Part shown: positions 11,901 to 23,974 of the stretch, one piece after another
How positions within the stretch are numbered: position 1 is the stretch's first letter
Layout: each line of letters begins with the position of its first letter
Origin: Toensbergia leucococca
Taxonomy: Eukaryota
DNA length: 64,000 bases
Direction: 5' to 3'
Assembly (NCBI GenBank): GCA_022813965.1
Contig: JALDZS010000021.1
Span: forward strand, 62,001 to 126,000
Notes under the pieces: model-generated
Told to the model about the DNA's origin: nothing
Databases searched by the model: none
The model's input: only the letters and a program-made list of their open reading frames with translations
Translations under genes and position numbers: made by a program

Positions 11901-12444
11901 GCCGACTACCAGCTAATTGGACAGTGAAACGTTGGGCATCACTCGGGTTTCCTCCCTCACCAGAAAGCGCCGTAAAGCCGTTCCAGGTGGTGATGGCAAG
12001 AGCAAAGAGGGCATTTTGTGTGTTCAACCTCTCCACGCGTCGAATCGCGCAGAGTGGCAGGGTAAAACCGTTGCCGCCCGGGCCCGCACCGTAGTTCTGG
12101 CCATTAAAGGCACTGGAGGAATGTATACTTGCATTGGGTAGAAAGCTTGTAGCCTGCGTCGAGAAGCACAAGAAATTCTCGCTCAGATGTAATTTGCCAG
12201 CATAAGTATTGCCCTGATTGTGCTTGTCGCCTTGAGGAGATGCCGCGGACGGAGATGTATGTTTCAACACCAGCGACAATTCAGCGGTAATCTCATGCGA
12301 AGGTGTCTGAGAGTCAGGCAAACGGAATTGAAGGCGGAAAAGAGCGTCCTTGGAGGGAGTGGTATCAGAAGTAGCAGAGATTGTAGAACCGGCAGAGTCG
12401 ATCAAGGAGTGGGCTTTCTGGACAAGAGTATTGAGATTGAACAT
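8983..12444 (-). CDS. GYP2: Rab GTPase-activating protein (GRAM + TBC + EF-hand-like)
   Basis: Three exons. [12 protein letters not shown] (GRAM), IEKDLNRS and GYCQAMN (TBC catalytic R/Q fingers), [15 protein letters not shown]-hand-like loop. Architecture of Gyp2/Mdr1. Confidence 0.9.
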
Positions 12445-13100
12445 GGCTGTGCCATGTATCGGTCGTGCATGCGGGAAAGGACTGGGAGACTTCACTCGGA
12501 TGTTGATCGCACCTTGATCTTTTTGCACGGTAGATATAGAATTTTACACAGATCACGGAACAGAGGTGGGTGGTTTAAGGGAAGGAGATGATGGTGATGA
12601 TACCTTCTAAAGGTAAGGGAACGTCCATTGAAGCATACAACTACTCTACAGTACAAGGTGAGTAAGGTCAACGAGGAGCGATGTGGACCCCACTGCAGCA
12701 TGACTCGGGTGGCTCGTGGCTGGCTCGTGGCTCGTGTGGCTGTAGGGCTGAGGCTGTAAGGCTGAGCTTGCTCGCTTGTAGAATATGGCTGGTGATCGCT
12801 TAGAGCAACTCAGGGTAGGGCATGCAGGGATGCAATGCTCCTGAGCTTGGTTTTGGGGCTCAGGTACGAGATCCACCTTGTAATCCTCTCCAAACATACA
12901 TGTGGACACAATCATGTATGGACTACATAGGTATGATCATGTAGAGCATCGTCAGCTCAGTGTAAAACTATGGTTGAATTGTAACAACTGCTTTGTGTCA
13001 AGTATGCCGAATCCGGCCTTCTCTGTTATCATTCACACCTCCTAACACAATTTTGCCCACAAATCCAAACAATTTCCACTTCACTCTTTTCCGACTTCCA

Positions 13101-13256
13101 ATCTTCCTTCTTCCATCCACCTTTCTTCTCATATTTCGACATCTCCATTTCCAACATTGCCATCGACTATCCTTCCATCTTCCTTCTTCCATCCACCTTT
13201 CTTCTCATATTTCGACATCTCCATTTCCAACATTCCCATCGACTATCCTTCCATCT
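13101..13256. repeat. 76-bp tandem duplication upstream of the orphan gene
   Basis: ATCTTCCTTCTTCCATCCACC...GACTATCCTTCC at 13101 and 13177, differing at one position. Confidence 0.9.
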
Positions 13257-13313
13257 CTTATTTCTCAGTCGACTATCCCTCCATTTCGCGATAACTTATT
13301 AGTTCATTGCGTC

Positions 13314-16300
13314 ATGGCTGGAAAGCATAGACACCGAATTCGTAAGAATAAGCCAAGCAAGGCAAAACTCGCGGCTCTCAGCCAGATTACAGACGCCAAT
13401 CAGGGCGAGTCATCAAACTCACAAGAGATGACCAACAATATCGAGTCATCAACCTCGCAAGGAACCAATCAATCCGAGGTGTCAAATTCACAAGAGATGC
13501 AAGAGATGCAAGAGATGACCACCCAGTCTGAGGCATTATGTTCGCAAGAAATCACCGATCGTTCCAAGTCATCAAACTCGCCAGAAATTAGCAATCAACC
13601 TGAGGTACCAAATTCACAAGAAATGCAAGAGATGGCCACGCAGTCTGAGGCATTAAGTTCGGAAGAAATCATCGATCATGCCAAGTCATCAAACTCGCAA
13701 GAAGTAGCCAATCGCTCCGAGGCATCAAATTCACAAGACATGCAAGAGATGACCTTCCAGTCTGAGGCATTAACTTCACAAGAAATCATGGATCATTTCA
13801 AGTCATCAAACTTGCAAGAAGTAGCCAATCGCTCCGAGGCATCAAACTCACAAGCGATACAAAAGATGACAAATCAATCCGACTTTACTTTCTCGATTCC
13901 GATTCCGCCACCCAAGCCAAGTCTACCTAGAATCTCTCCTGTCCGCTTTGATGATGGCAAAGTCGTCTTATCCTGGCCGGTCGGCATTGACGATGGCCAA
14001 GCGCCACTGTTTGACCCGCTTTATTACCAGCGTCTCAATCAAGGGCAACCAGAAACCGAAGTCCGACAAGATGCGGCGAGCCAGGATGCTGGACAGCAAA
14101 TCATTGGTGTGGGAGACGAATCTCCAGAGGAGGAGAGGGAGGGAGACGAATCTCCAGAGGAGAGGGAGGGAGACGAATCTCCAGAGGAGAGGGAGGGAGA
14201 CGAATCTCCAGAGGAGAGGGAGGGAGACGAATCTCCAGAGGAGGAGAGGGAGGGAGACGAATCTCCAGAGATAGTGGAGTTCATAGATGAAAATTGGGAC
14301 TCTGCAGAGGAAGATGACGTGGTACGGATCACCAAGGGAAACGCGAGACGCAGTCTTGATCAGGCGTGTCAAGGTATTGAAGATCACTATAAAGAGTGCT
14401 ACGATAAAGACTTGGATGATTACAAGTCGGAAGTAGCGCACGATATGGAGAAAGCGGGAGCAGAAAATCGGCAGTTGGAGATCGAATGGGCGGTTCAAAA
14501 GGCGGTTCAACTTAGCCATGCGGAATGGAACACACGCTATGAAGAAGTCATTTCGCAAAAGCAAGGGCTCCAAGCGCTTCTCGAGGAACATGCTACAAAA
14601 AACCAAGGTCTCCAAGCGGGTTTCGAGGAACTTCTCAATACACGAATGGCAACTCTTCAGATAAACCTACAGGCACAACACAACGAGGCAAACGAAGCCA
14701 ACAAGGCAGAGAATCAACGAGTCCAGGAAGAGAATCAACGAGTCCAGGAAGAGAATCAACGAGTCCAGGAAGAGAATCAACGAGTTCAGGAAGAACAGAT
14801 CATTCATCTTCGGACACAACTGCAGGCAGATAAAGACGCGAAAACTGCAGAAATTAATAAAGCGGTTGGAGAAGCAATTGAGACGCGAGACAAACAATTG
14901 CAGGAGATTTTCGTAGAAGAGTTCGAGAAGCGGAATAAAGAATGGGAGGCACAATGGCAGGCACAACAGCCCGAGGGAGGTAGTGCACAGATATTAAGTC
15001 TTCAGGAAGAGGTGAAGAGTCTCAAGGAGAGCAGACAGGCAGATAGGGACGCGAAAACTGCAGAAATTAATAAAGCGGTTGGAGAAGCAATCGAGAAGCG
15101 AGAGAAAGAATGGGAGGCACAATGGCAGGCACAAATGGATAGCAGAGAGGAAGAGCGAGAGAAGCGAGAGAAGCAATTGCAGGAGTTGTTCGTAGAAGAG
15201 CTCGAATTGCGAAAGAAAGAATGGCAGGCACAACTGCAGACACAACAATCCGAGGGAGGCAATGCGCGGATATTAAGTCTTCAGGAAGAGGTGAAGAGTC
15301 TCAAGGATAGCAGAGAAGAGGAGCGAGAGAAGCATAAGAATCGATTGGAGGAGAGACTCGCAGAAACGGTTAAGGCGTTTGCAGAAGAGCGCGAGAAGCT
15401 AGAGAAGGAAATGAGACTGGACTCGAGATTACAACTGGACGCGAAACTGCAGAAAGCAGACGAGGACAAGGCCGCAGAAAAACGACAGATGGCAGAAAAT
15501 TTCCGAGTACAGTCCAAGCGTCACGCAGACCATATAGGGACGATCGAGCAGGAGAAAAAAGCTCTCATGATCAAGGTTGAAGAGCTTGAAAGGCGGAATC
15601 TGAATCTAAAATCAGAAAATGTCAGCTCCAAGAAACAGCTTGAGGAGGGACAGCTTAAGATCGACACGCATAAGCAAGAGCTTGAACGAGAGCGTGTACA
15701 ATCAAAACAAAAGCTTGAACAGAGTCAACGCGAGACCTGTCTGGAGGCGAGTGAAAAGCTCCGCCAAATAGAAATTGTTTACCGGGTGGAGCAACACCTG
15801 GAAGAAGTTCAGGAGGAGAAGAAGCAGTTGAAGGAGGCGAAGCAAGTCGCCGAAGACCAGGTGAAAGGTCTTGAGGAGGTGGTGAGACAGGCTCAGAGAG
15901 ACGAAAAGCATACACAGCTTAGAGCAGAGGCGGACTCTCAAGCTGCACTAATAGTCGAGTTACAGTCCAAACTCTTAGCACTCGAGGAGGAGATTGAGAT
16001 GCCGCAGGACGGAGCTCTCGAGGAGAACATGGGATCCACTGGGAGGGACGAAGAGCGAACCAAGCTCAGAGCGGAGGCGGACTCTCACTTGGCAAGAATA
16101 GCCCAGCTGCAGTCCAATGTCCAAGGACTTGAGGATGAGATCATCAATCTGCAGAAGAAAGCCCCCGAGGAGAAGGAGGTTAGAGCAGAGGCGGACCTCG
16201 GCAGTAGACAAATCACGAGGCCGAAAAACGTCCGACGATCAGCAGCGAGGGCGAGTCTCTGGACAGTTGCTGTGCTTTCGTTGCTCATGTGGGTCAGACA

Positions 16301-16367
16301 TGAGCTGATCGACATATTTCTCGACCCAGATGCCATCTTTGGGTTGACGGAGGGATTGTATGGATAG
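13314..16367 (+). CDS. Intronless orphan coiled-coil protein (~1017 aa) with internal repeats and C-terminal hydrophobic segment
   Basis: 3-kb ORF, first ATG at 13314 (MAGKHRHR). SNSQEMQEM repeats, GDESPEERE x6, ENQRVQE x4, long E/K/Q/R heptad region, C-terminal LWTVAVLSLLMWV. Confidence 0.8.
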   Translation: MAGKHRHRIRKNKPSKAKLAALSQITDANQGESSNSQEMTNNIESSTSQGTNQSEVSNSQEMQEMQEMTTQSEALCSQEITDRSKSSNSPEISNQPEVPNSQEMQEMATQSEALSSEEIIDHAKSSNSQEVANRSEASNSQDMQEMTFQSEALTSQEIMDHFKSSNLQEVANRSEASNSQAIQKMTNQSDFTFSIPIPPPKPSLPRISPVRFDDGKVVLSWPVGIDDGQAPLFDPLYYQRLNQGQPETEVRQDAASQDAGQQIIGVGDESPEEEREGDESPEEREGDESPEEREGDESPEEREGDESPEEEREGDESPEIVEFIDENWDSAEEDDVVRITKGNARRSLDQACQGIEDHYKECYDKDLDDYKSEVAHDMEKAGAENRQLEIEWAVQKAVQLSHAEWNTRYEEVISQKQGLQALLEEHATKNQGLQAGFEELLNTRMATLQINLQAQHNEANEANKAENQRVQEENQRVQEENQRVQEENQRVQEEQIIHLRTQLQADKDAKTAEINKAVGEAIETRDKQLQEIFVEEFEKRNKEWEAQWQAQQPEGGSAQILSLQEEVKSLKESRQADRDAKTAEINKAVGEAIEKREKEWEAQWQAQMDSREEEREKREKQLQELFVEELELRKKEWQAQLQTQQSEGGNARILSLQEEVKSLKDSREEEREKHKNRLEERLAETVKAFAEEREKLEKEMRLDSRLQLDAKLQKADEDKAAEKRQMAENFRVQSKRHADHIGTIEQEKKALMIKVEELERRNLNLKSENVSSKKQLEEGQLKIDTHKQELERERVQSKQKLEQSQRETCLEASEKLRQIEIVYRVEQHLEEVQEEKKQLKEAKQVAEDQVKGLEEVVRQAQRDEKHTQLRAEADSQAALIVELQSKLLALEEEIEMPQDGALEENMGSTGRDEERTKLRAEADSHLARIAQLQSNVQGLEDEIINLQKKAPEEKEVRAEADLGSRQITRPKNVRRSAARASLWTVAVLSLLMWVRHELIDIFLDPDAIFGLTEGLYG
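14111..14270 (+). repeat. Coding minisatellite, 27/30-bp unit x6 (GDESPEE(E)RE)
   Basis: GGGAGACGAATCTCCAGAG at 14111, 14141, 14168, 14195, 14222 and 14252. Confidence 0.95.
14709..14792 (+). repeat. Coding minisatellite, 21-bp unit x4 (ENQRVQE heptad)
   Basis: GAGAATCAACGAGT(C/T)CAGGAA four times in tandem. Confidence 0.95.
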
Positions 16368-16408
16368 GTGGGGAATCGGAGTCGTAAGAGAGGGAGTGGG
16401 AGAGAAAG

Positions 16409-16534
16409 CTGGTTGAGTGTCTACGGATGACTCCTAGGCCCTGGTTGAGTGTCTACGGATGACTCCTAGGCCCTGGTGAGTCTCTACGGATGACTCCTGG
16501 GCCCTGGTTGAGTCTCTGCGGATCGACTCCCAGG
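16409..16534. repeat. 31-32-bp tandem repeat x4 just downstream of the orphan gene stop
   Basis: CTGGTTGAGT(G/C)TCTACGGATGACTCCT(A/G)GGCC at 16409, 16441, 16473 and 16504. Confidence 0.9.
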
Positions 16535-18293
16535 TTTCTTTCTCTCTCTCTCTCTTGCGATTGGTCCATGACGGGTGTTGTTTTTGCTTCTGGAATCCAC
16601 AAGAATGATTTTGCAAATGTATTTGGAGTTTGGGTAGTTGGTAGTAATTGATTTTGATAGATTGGAGTCAAGTGCAGTGAAGACGATTAGATGAAAGCCC
16701 CTCTCCTCCTTTGCAGCCTGGAGCCTGGGTAGTCGGCTAGTCGCTGTGTAAAAGATAGAATAGGTACTTGGCCCAAAAAGGCAATCGTATCCTTTGTGCC
16801 TTCTCCACTCGAACTCGATTCTACAAGTAGTCGAGTACGACCATCGCAGTCATAACATCAAACACTTGCAATACACAAGCCAAGGATGGACTTTACAATA
16901 ACACTCGGGCGTTACTACCACCTACAGACCGATGATTACCGTTGCTAAGCTGAGCACCTCCGAGTAGCGGTGAAAGCGACTGATGATACTTAGTCCCAAG
17001 AAGCAGGAGCAGAAACAAGGCAATTTCGCCGTAATGGTCATCAGCATGTGCAACTACTAAGTACCTTACTACCATCTTGAAATCATCTCATCCGCCACAG
17101 ATCAGATGGCCTAACATATAAGCATAAGTAAGCTTAGTGACTGCCGTGGCTATTATTGTTGGGAGCTTTCATTGGAGCATCTTATCGCTATTGATCTTCC
17201 CCAAGCCTGTAAAGCCGCTGTGGATAACATATCCACCAGTGGCCAAAATCGTTCAACTTATCCTGTGTCACATGAGGCTCGAAGCCCTCTTCGCACTCGA
17301 CTTTCAATCAACCATAGTCTCCCGGCTTGTTGTCAACATTCACAGAGTGTCGGGCAGTTCGTTCGATACCCGGACTGAAGGCCTTGTAGGCTGGATGCCT
17401 TCTTATGCCTCGTTCCCTCACTGCGGCCATCTCCGACCTCTGATGCTGTCGTTGACGCCCTTACAGTCCGCTTTGTTGCAGCTTTCATACTGACGAAGCT
17501 GTCAGAAGTCCAATCGGCTGACCTACAATGGACACGATGCACATGAAATGTTCCGATGCTATTGCATTCTTTGTGAGCTCAAATCTACTCGATGTTAGTC
17601 GACATGGCATTGGAATACGTCACTCTATTTCACCTGTTGGGCCTCTGTCTCTCATGTTCCTGGGCGTCCTCTCTTACCTTTGCCCGTTCCGTTTCAAAAT
17701 ACAATTTCTGCGATACATACTCTTCGCACAATCAATCCTCAGCCCTAGCACTGTCTCAAGGCGATGTGACGTCCTCTTGGCCCTGTATTACTATGTGCAC
17801 AATAGACCTTGAAGGAATGTAGCACCTCCTGTTGTCCTAGTCCCTCTCCTTCCCATGTGTAATGTGTTGTCCTGCATGCCTTCTTCCGTGTGCTATTTTG
17901 TACTTTAGCTGGGCAACGAAGCTTCACGTAAGGCTACAGCCGAAGCGGCTCTTGAGGACAAGGTAGGCCTTGAAAGATACTTTGAATATTGACTACAACA
18001 GCTTTGGACTATATAAACTTGTCTATCATTGCACTACTTCAGCACAGCAGAATCGAATCCCCCAAAATTAGCCATCGAGGCAGCTTTTCAGATCAGTCTC
18101 CCCGTGTCACCTACTATTCGTTTAGCCCTCATCATCTCAAACACTTCTCCTGAGCTATAATATTGTGTTATCCCATTTGCACCCAACTCCCTGCCGCCAT
18201 TGCAATTTCTACTCAGCTACAGCAGTCTCCTTCGCCAACGAGTGTTCCTCTCAGCCATCAGAATCTTCCCCACTGTCCCTTATTTCGCTCATC

Positions 18294-18593
18294 ATGGATG
18301 TTTGGACGTGCTGCCAATGCAATGGGCCTAACCTCATTGCCCTCGCGTCCGAGGGCTGTCCAACCTGCCCTCACAAACGTTGTGCAAATTGCAAGGTCGG
18401 CCAACCAAATCAAAGAAACCTCTTCCCCCTGCCGCCTCGAAATCTTCAAGTCCAGCAACGCCGAGCGACCGCGCAAACTACCGCGCAATCTTCTTCACAA
18501 AGTCGCCACAGCGCTTCTGGTAGCAATGATCCGCCCAGGAGAGGACATCAAACCTCGGGCAGCTCTAAGAAACATCAGGCGAGGCGCGGGTGA
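18294..18593 (+). CDS. Small protein (99 aa) with N-terminal WxCCxC..HxRCxxC Cys motif (gene A)
   Basis: ATG in CATCATGG context. MDVWTCCQCNGPNLIALASEGCPTCPHKRCANC followed by an S/Q/R-rich tail. TATATAAA near 18012 and a pyrimidine-rich leader. The stop overlaps a GTGAGT, so a further exon is possible. Confidence 0.7.
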   Translation: MDVWTCCQCNGPNLIALASEGCPTCPHKRCANCKVGQPNQRNLFPLPPRNLQVQQRRATAQTTAQSSSQSRHSASGSNDPPRRGHQTSGSSKKHQARRG

Positions 18594-20066
18594 GTTGGGA
18601 TGGTTTTGGGGACGAGGAGATGAGGTTGTAGGTTGGAAGGTGGAAGTTGAATTGGACGTGGATAATCCTGCCCTGTGGATTGGGCAATTCTTTTACATGA
18701 CCTTGGCCATCAGAGTGGCTTTTCATTTCTTGTACGACATTCGACCTAGTTCAAGGGACGCGGTTAAGCCGATCTTGGCTCAGTGCTCTTTCCCAGTGTT
18801 TTCTTAGCTTCTTTCCCTTTCTCTTCGCCTTTTCAATCCCCTCTCTTCTATCCCAGAACAGTTCGTCCAAATTCTCTTCCTGCATTGTTTCATGGATATG
18901 GATAGACAGATACCCAAGCGACAGCAATAGTCAAGAGGCGGTTGAGACAACTGATGGCGAATTCTCTTTTTTCCCGGCGTTCTAGGCGTTTTGGCCCAAG
19001 CGAGTTTTTGTGTGGAGGTGTCTGGCAGCTGTGGTTTTGCTGCAGCGCTTATGGGGATTTCTTTTCTTGTATTTGAAATTTTTTTCGAAACCTTTGGTCG
19101 GGTTTTTTTGGAATAGATAGGCGGGGGTCTGGCATATCCTGTACTTTTTTTAGTCATGGGATATTCTTTTTTGCCTTTTTTGGTGGAAAAGACTTGTTTC
19201 GTTAAATCTTCTATGGCTTCGTGCATTGTGACCCCCTTATCCCCCTTCTCCAAAATCCCTCCCCCTCCATCCAGCTCGATTGTCTAGACTCGGATTATCA
19301 GGCGAGTCTGTTTGGTGGAACCTCCCCCTGCCTACCGGAAACGAGCGAGAGATGTTGACGGTATGCAGGTAGGATTTGGGAATGGCGCTATTCTATGGCT
19401 TGAGGAGGCAAGATGTAGTATGGTCCATTTGTCGGACTGGCGTGTTTCTTCGATCAGCAAAGCTCTATCGTTCCCACACCTCCACCAGCCTCCCTTCCCA
19501 TATCGGATGACCCCAGATCATTCAATCCCAACCCAGCCTCGTTCCCAAACTACCTACCCATCAATCCCATTCCCTACGTCCCACATCCCTCCTCTCACAC
19601 CCAAAATTCCCAATTCCCAATTCCCACCTTTCCCGTCCCCCCCAAATCCCAAACTCTTCGTTTCTAATCCACACTTTCCTTCATCCTCGCATCGACCCCT
19701 TCAAGTCCCAAATAATTCGTCGCTTATCCGAAAAACACAAAAATTAGACAGAAAATAAACATTACAATTTTTAAATTTCCCAGCAGTAGAGCTCGTGGCT
19801 GCTGCGGAGTCTGCTCTTTCGCGTGGGGAAAATTGAACTAAATACGACTCTGTGGTTGGCAGTGAGAGAGTAGGTACTACACCCGCTAGTGATCTTTCTG
19901 TGGACGGAGTCTTTCTAGGCCTTGGCGTGTTCGTTGAAGACGCGGAGAAGTAGCCAATCACATGCAGGAATCTAGGCGCATATCATGCAGAGGAAGCTTA
20001 GCTTATGTCGAGCTACGACTCAATGCAATGAATCAACGACGCAAGAAGTTGCAAAGCTAGAGAATG

Positions 20067-21969
20067 CTATGCTGTGAACCCCCCTCCCGGGTCCACCCCC
20101 ACGTCCCCTCGTACACCGCCATCGCGCTCCCTGTTACTTTTCCTCTCACTCCTTTCATTACGCCTCCTCTCCCTCTCAGACCTCGACCTCCTCCCCTCGT
20201 TCCCATCCCCTCGCCTGGCCCTCCTATGCCGTCTCCTGCCCACCGTCGCTTTATCTTCATTCTCCCGCGGCAGCGCTATACCAGCCTCCTCTCTCATACG
20301 CTCAACCACGGGACCCAAAGGATAATCGCTATCGTCTCTGTCGTGGTTGCAACAGGGACTGTATCGGAGCGGGGTGAGCCAATCGTACCAGTGCTCGCCC
20401 ATGACGGATTTGAAATTACCGAAAGGTCCTAGGTCCCAGGGATTCTCGCCGGGTTTGGTGTGTAGGATTGCGAATGTTCGTTTGACACCTGGAGACGTTG
20501 GGCCCTGGGAAGCATCGGTGTCGTCAGGCGCTGGTGCTAGCGGGTATGTGATTGTTCTGAATGAGTATGGTTTCGTGGGGTCTGGGGCGCGCGGCATGTA
20601 AACCGCTAGTGTCCAGACCTTTGTGTGTCGTGTAAGATTATCGACGGTAGTGGTATTGACAAGAGCAAATTGGATAGAGCTTCCAGACATCCCGAGATTG
20701 AAGATGAAGAATAGGGCGGCACTATAGTAGCGTAAGTTCCACCCAATTGGAGTTCGAGGATGATGCTTTACTCACAAACTCAGAGTGAGGATCCAGTGGA
20801 CGTCAAGGCGGTTACTCTGGAGAATCTGAGCGTCAGCTTGATACAGAGAAATATGATAAATCACCACGAGATGTCTAAATAAGCTTTGCCATGTGAAAGC
20901 TACATTCAATTGATCTCATCTCAAGAATCGAGGTTTCTAAGCAGAAGAATCATGACGAAATATAACGCGTGTGTTGATGGGTGTTGCACCCGAATCAAGC
21001 ATAAGGAGTATCTACTCACCTCCTTCTTAAGCTCTGCTACAAATTTGGCCATGAAAACCAGGGCGAAAAGACACAAAATGGCCGTCCATGCCACAAATTG
21101 AATAAAAAATTTGAAATTTGTTTCGCTTACGATGCCGCCAACCCTGAGAATAGTGGCACGCGTTAGCATTGGATTCTGTTGAGTATTTGTAACCCGTAGG
21201 AATGAGTAATTGTGCTGTCTACTGAGATGCTGTGCTTGGACTCTAATAATCAAAAACAAATGAAGCATACCAGGGGCAGAAATGATCCATCCTTCGAACA
21301 CAACGCCCAACCTCGCTACAATGGTGTGTTCTGTCTGGTTTCCAATTGAGACACGTTGAGCAGAATATTGGACGACCGTCTCCCTCACACACGAAAACAT
21401 CTTTATTATAGAAGTTGTGTAGTCCAGGGGTAGGGTCCGCATCAGGCCCGGTTTCGGGGTTTAGCAGGCCACCCATGTACGCACGACTACTTGGATATCC
21501 ATCCATTCTCGCGCTGTGTTCAGCGGTTGGAGTCTGCTTCTCTGCCGAGTTCGGACTGCCCGGATTGGTATTTTCCTTCTCTGAAATTCTTTCTATTCTT
21601 CGGTTTCTTTCTTTGGCATGCCATTGGGGACCTTGGGGAACGTATCCTGGATTGACATTGACTGTGTAAAGCAGACGGAAATATGTGACGGCAACGGCGA
21701 AGAGAAGGACGAAGTACAGGACAAGAATGGCAATGGCGGCGCCAGGTCGCGGTTTATGGACAATGACTGAGGGTCGGAGGAGATAGTTTACTACTCAAAA
21801 CAGTCAGTACTTAGATCTTAGGCCATACGATTCACTACTAGTTCTTCTCACCACACACCAGGACGACGATGACGTATGTAACATAGCCAACAATGCCTAT
21901 AAGCAATAGCGGAATGAAGCGTGCCGTCCAAAGGTTAGCAGTCCTATGATCAAGAGTACGAGCGGCCAT
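20067..21969 (-). CDS. PFA5: DHHC palmitoyltransferase
   Basis: Multi-exon. FCSTCLNWKPDRTHHCSEVGRCVRRMDHFCPW|VGGIVSETNFKFFIQF, NTTTVDNL, NPWDLGPFGNFKSVMG. N-terminal transmembrane segments and KDVFVCEGDGRP are typical of Pfa5-like enzymes. Confidence 0.88.
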
Positions 21970-23367
21970 TGAAGCATTCGAGGCCTCGGACAAGTTCAGT
22001 GAACAACATGACCTGCATGTGTGGAAGAGGTCATGGTACTGAAGCAGAAGACGATAGCCGCTATGATGGCTCTGAAAAAGAATGATGTATGTAGGAGATG
22101 GTGCTCTAGACGTTGGTACAAGGACTTGTACAAATGTTGCGAAGTGTGAAGTTGATTTAATTTGATTCAAGCTTCGGAGATGGACCAGCAAATTCACGTC
22201 ATTGAATGATGATCACTTCTCCACTCCCACCACTCCAATACTCCACCACCTCCCACCAACTCCATCCTTTTCCTCTGTCGCTATCAATGATACTCCTGAG
22301 CATCTCTACCGCCACACTAGAGATGATGGCGTCTTGTGAATGCGGTACGAGTGTCCCCTGTTTCTCAATGACTACTCGTACTAGCACAAGGAAGAAAGCC
22401 TCACTGCATCCACTGGTGTGGCCCTGATTCAACTCCTCTGCTCCGCCTTCGATTCGAGGAAATGAAATAAGATATGCGCGAATTTCATTACAACATGACC
22501 TAGTGAACAGGAAATGGATCGAAGCTGAATGGGTCAAGACATGAAAGCCTTTGTCTCTTGAAAGTTGATCAGTCGGTGATACCCTACCGCAAGGCCTATG
22601 AGAAATGCACCTTAGAAGTGGAACCTACAACTACCCAGACTCGCCAGACTATCTACTACTGCTTTAGAGCTAGGTAAGTAATTATGTTTAGTTAGTATCT
22701 CGGTATTAGGCAACATTAATTCAGGGTCGTGAAGCTCCAAGATCCCAGCGCACCGATGCTTCTCAACAATGAGCTCATTCTTTCTTCCGTGCCATCAACG
22801 CAGCCTTCCCCTTCGACTACTTACACCGGTCGATGCTCTGCAAGTCTGTCATTATCAACAACATAACTTAATCACGTCTTACCCGCCCAGCATGTCATGG
22901 CTTGGCTTGAATTATGCTAGGCAGAATGCTGTTACTGGTGACGGTCTGGGCTTAAATCCAACACCGGAGCTCTCACCGACCAGTGATCGTATGCTTTCCG
23001 AAAATACCTCGTTCCTGTTTATCGCCACCGCCATTGTGCAATCATAGCTTTACATCCAATTACTGAGGCGATAATTGAATTTCCATTTGGCACTGGCACC
23101 TGATGGCAAAAGGTGCAATGACCGATTGTATGTTCGTGGCTTGGATCGCCGCCTCAGGTTTATAGATTTTCTGGGTTGAAGAGAATTCGCCCTAAGTTTT
23201 TTCCCCTCTATGAAGCATGATATATTCCTGTTGTCTGCCCTTTTCTATTCTCTCTTCCTCTATATTGAGTACAATCCCCTGTTCATTGAAGCCCCCTTCA
23301 TTTCGAGTCTCTCAACATTTTTTGCATTGCAAGGACTTTACTCAAAGACACAGCGTCCAAAGTCATC

Positions 23368-23974
23368 ATGAGTTCTGTAAGTCTTGTTATAAATAGCAAC
23401 GATATCTTTCGTTGCTAATCTTGATTCCATACAGAGTCGTGATACTCGAAATGCTCGGCTTACTCAAGGTTTGACACGGACCCAATCGCCCGTGCACTTG
23501 TTTTACCCTCCAGATTCGACTGGTAGGAGACCGAGTGAATGGGCCAACCTCCAGTTCGCAAGTCCCGCCGAACGAGCGTATTACCGTGCAATGGCAGCGG
23601 AATCATCTCACAACATCAATCCATCGGGGCCGAGTCGCGAACATGCACATGCTACGTTCACTCAGCAACAACACAGCTTTCCAAACCGAACTACTCAATC
23701 TTTGAGTAGTACAATGTTGCCGAATTATGGAATTCAAGGACGCGGGAGCTCAACCTCATCCATGAACCCGGATGGACCTTCTCGTCCTTCACGTCCTCGC
23801 CCACGCGTCGTACGCTACTGGTACTGTTGTCGACCTGGCTGCCCCGACCCAGGCCCCTATCTTTCTGGGGTATACGCAGACTGTGCTCTGGGATGCCACA
23901 GAGAAAGGTGTGTGAATTGCCGAGAGGTTCAGGTTTCACCCTACGAGCAAGCTCCGACAAGTCGAAGGGCTTGA
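23368..23974 (+). CDS. Small protein (~182 aa) with C-terminal WxCC..C..RCxxC Cys motif (gene B)
   Basis: 9-nt first exon ATGAGTTCT (23368-23376), GTAAGT..GCTAAT..ACAG intron (23377-23434), in frame with ORF 23471-23974. Motif WYCCRPGCPDPGPYLSGVYADCALGCHRERCVNC at 23819-23920. Confidence 0.75.

Noticed and set aside
12993..13313. 107-aa N-terminal extension of the 1124-aa ORF
   Set aside because: Starts at TTG and runs through pyrimidine-rich promoter-like sequence including the 76-bp duplication; ATG 13314 is the more plausible start.
18163..19253. ORFs 18163-18807 (+) and 18804-19253 (-)
   Set aside because: Non-ATG starts and no motifs. The first overlaps gene A in another frame; the YCC in the second lacks the W, GP and RC elements.
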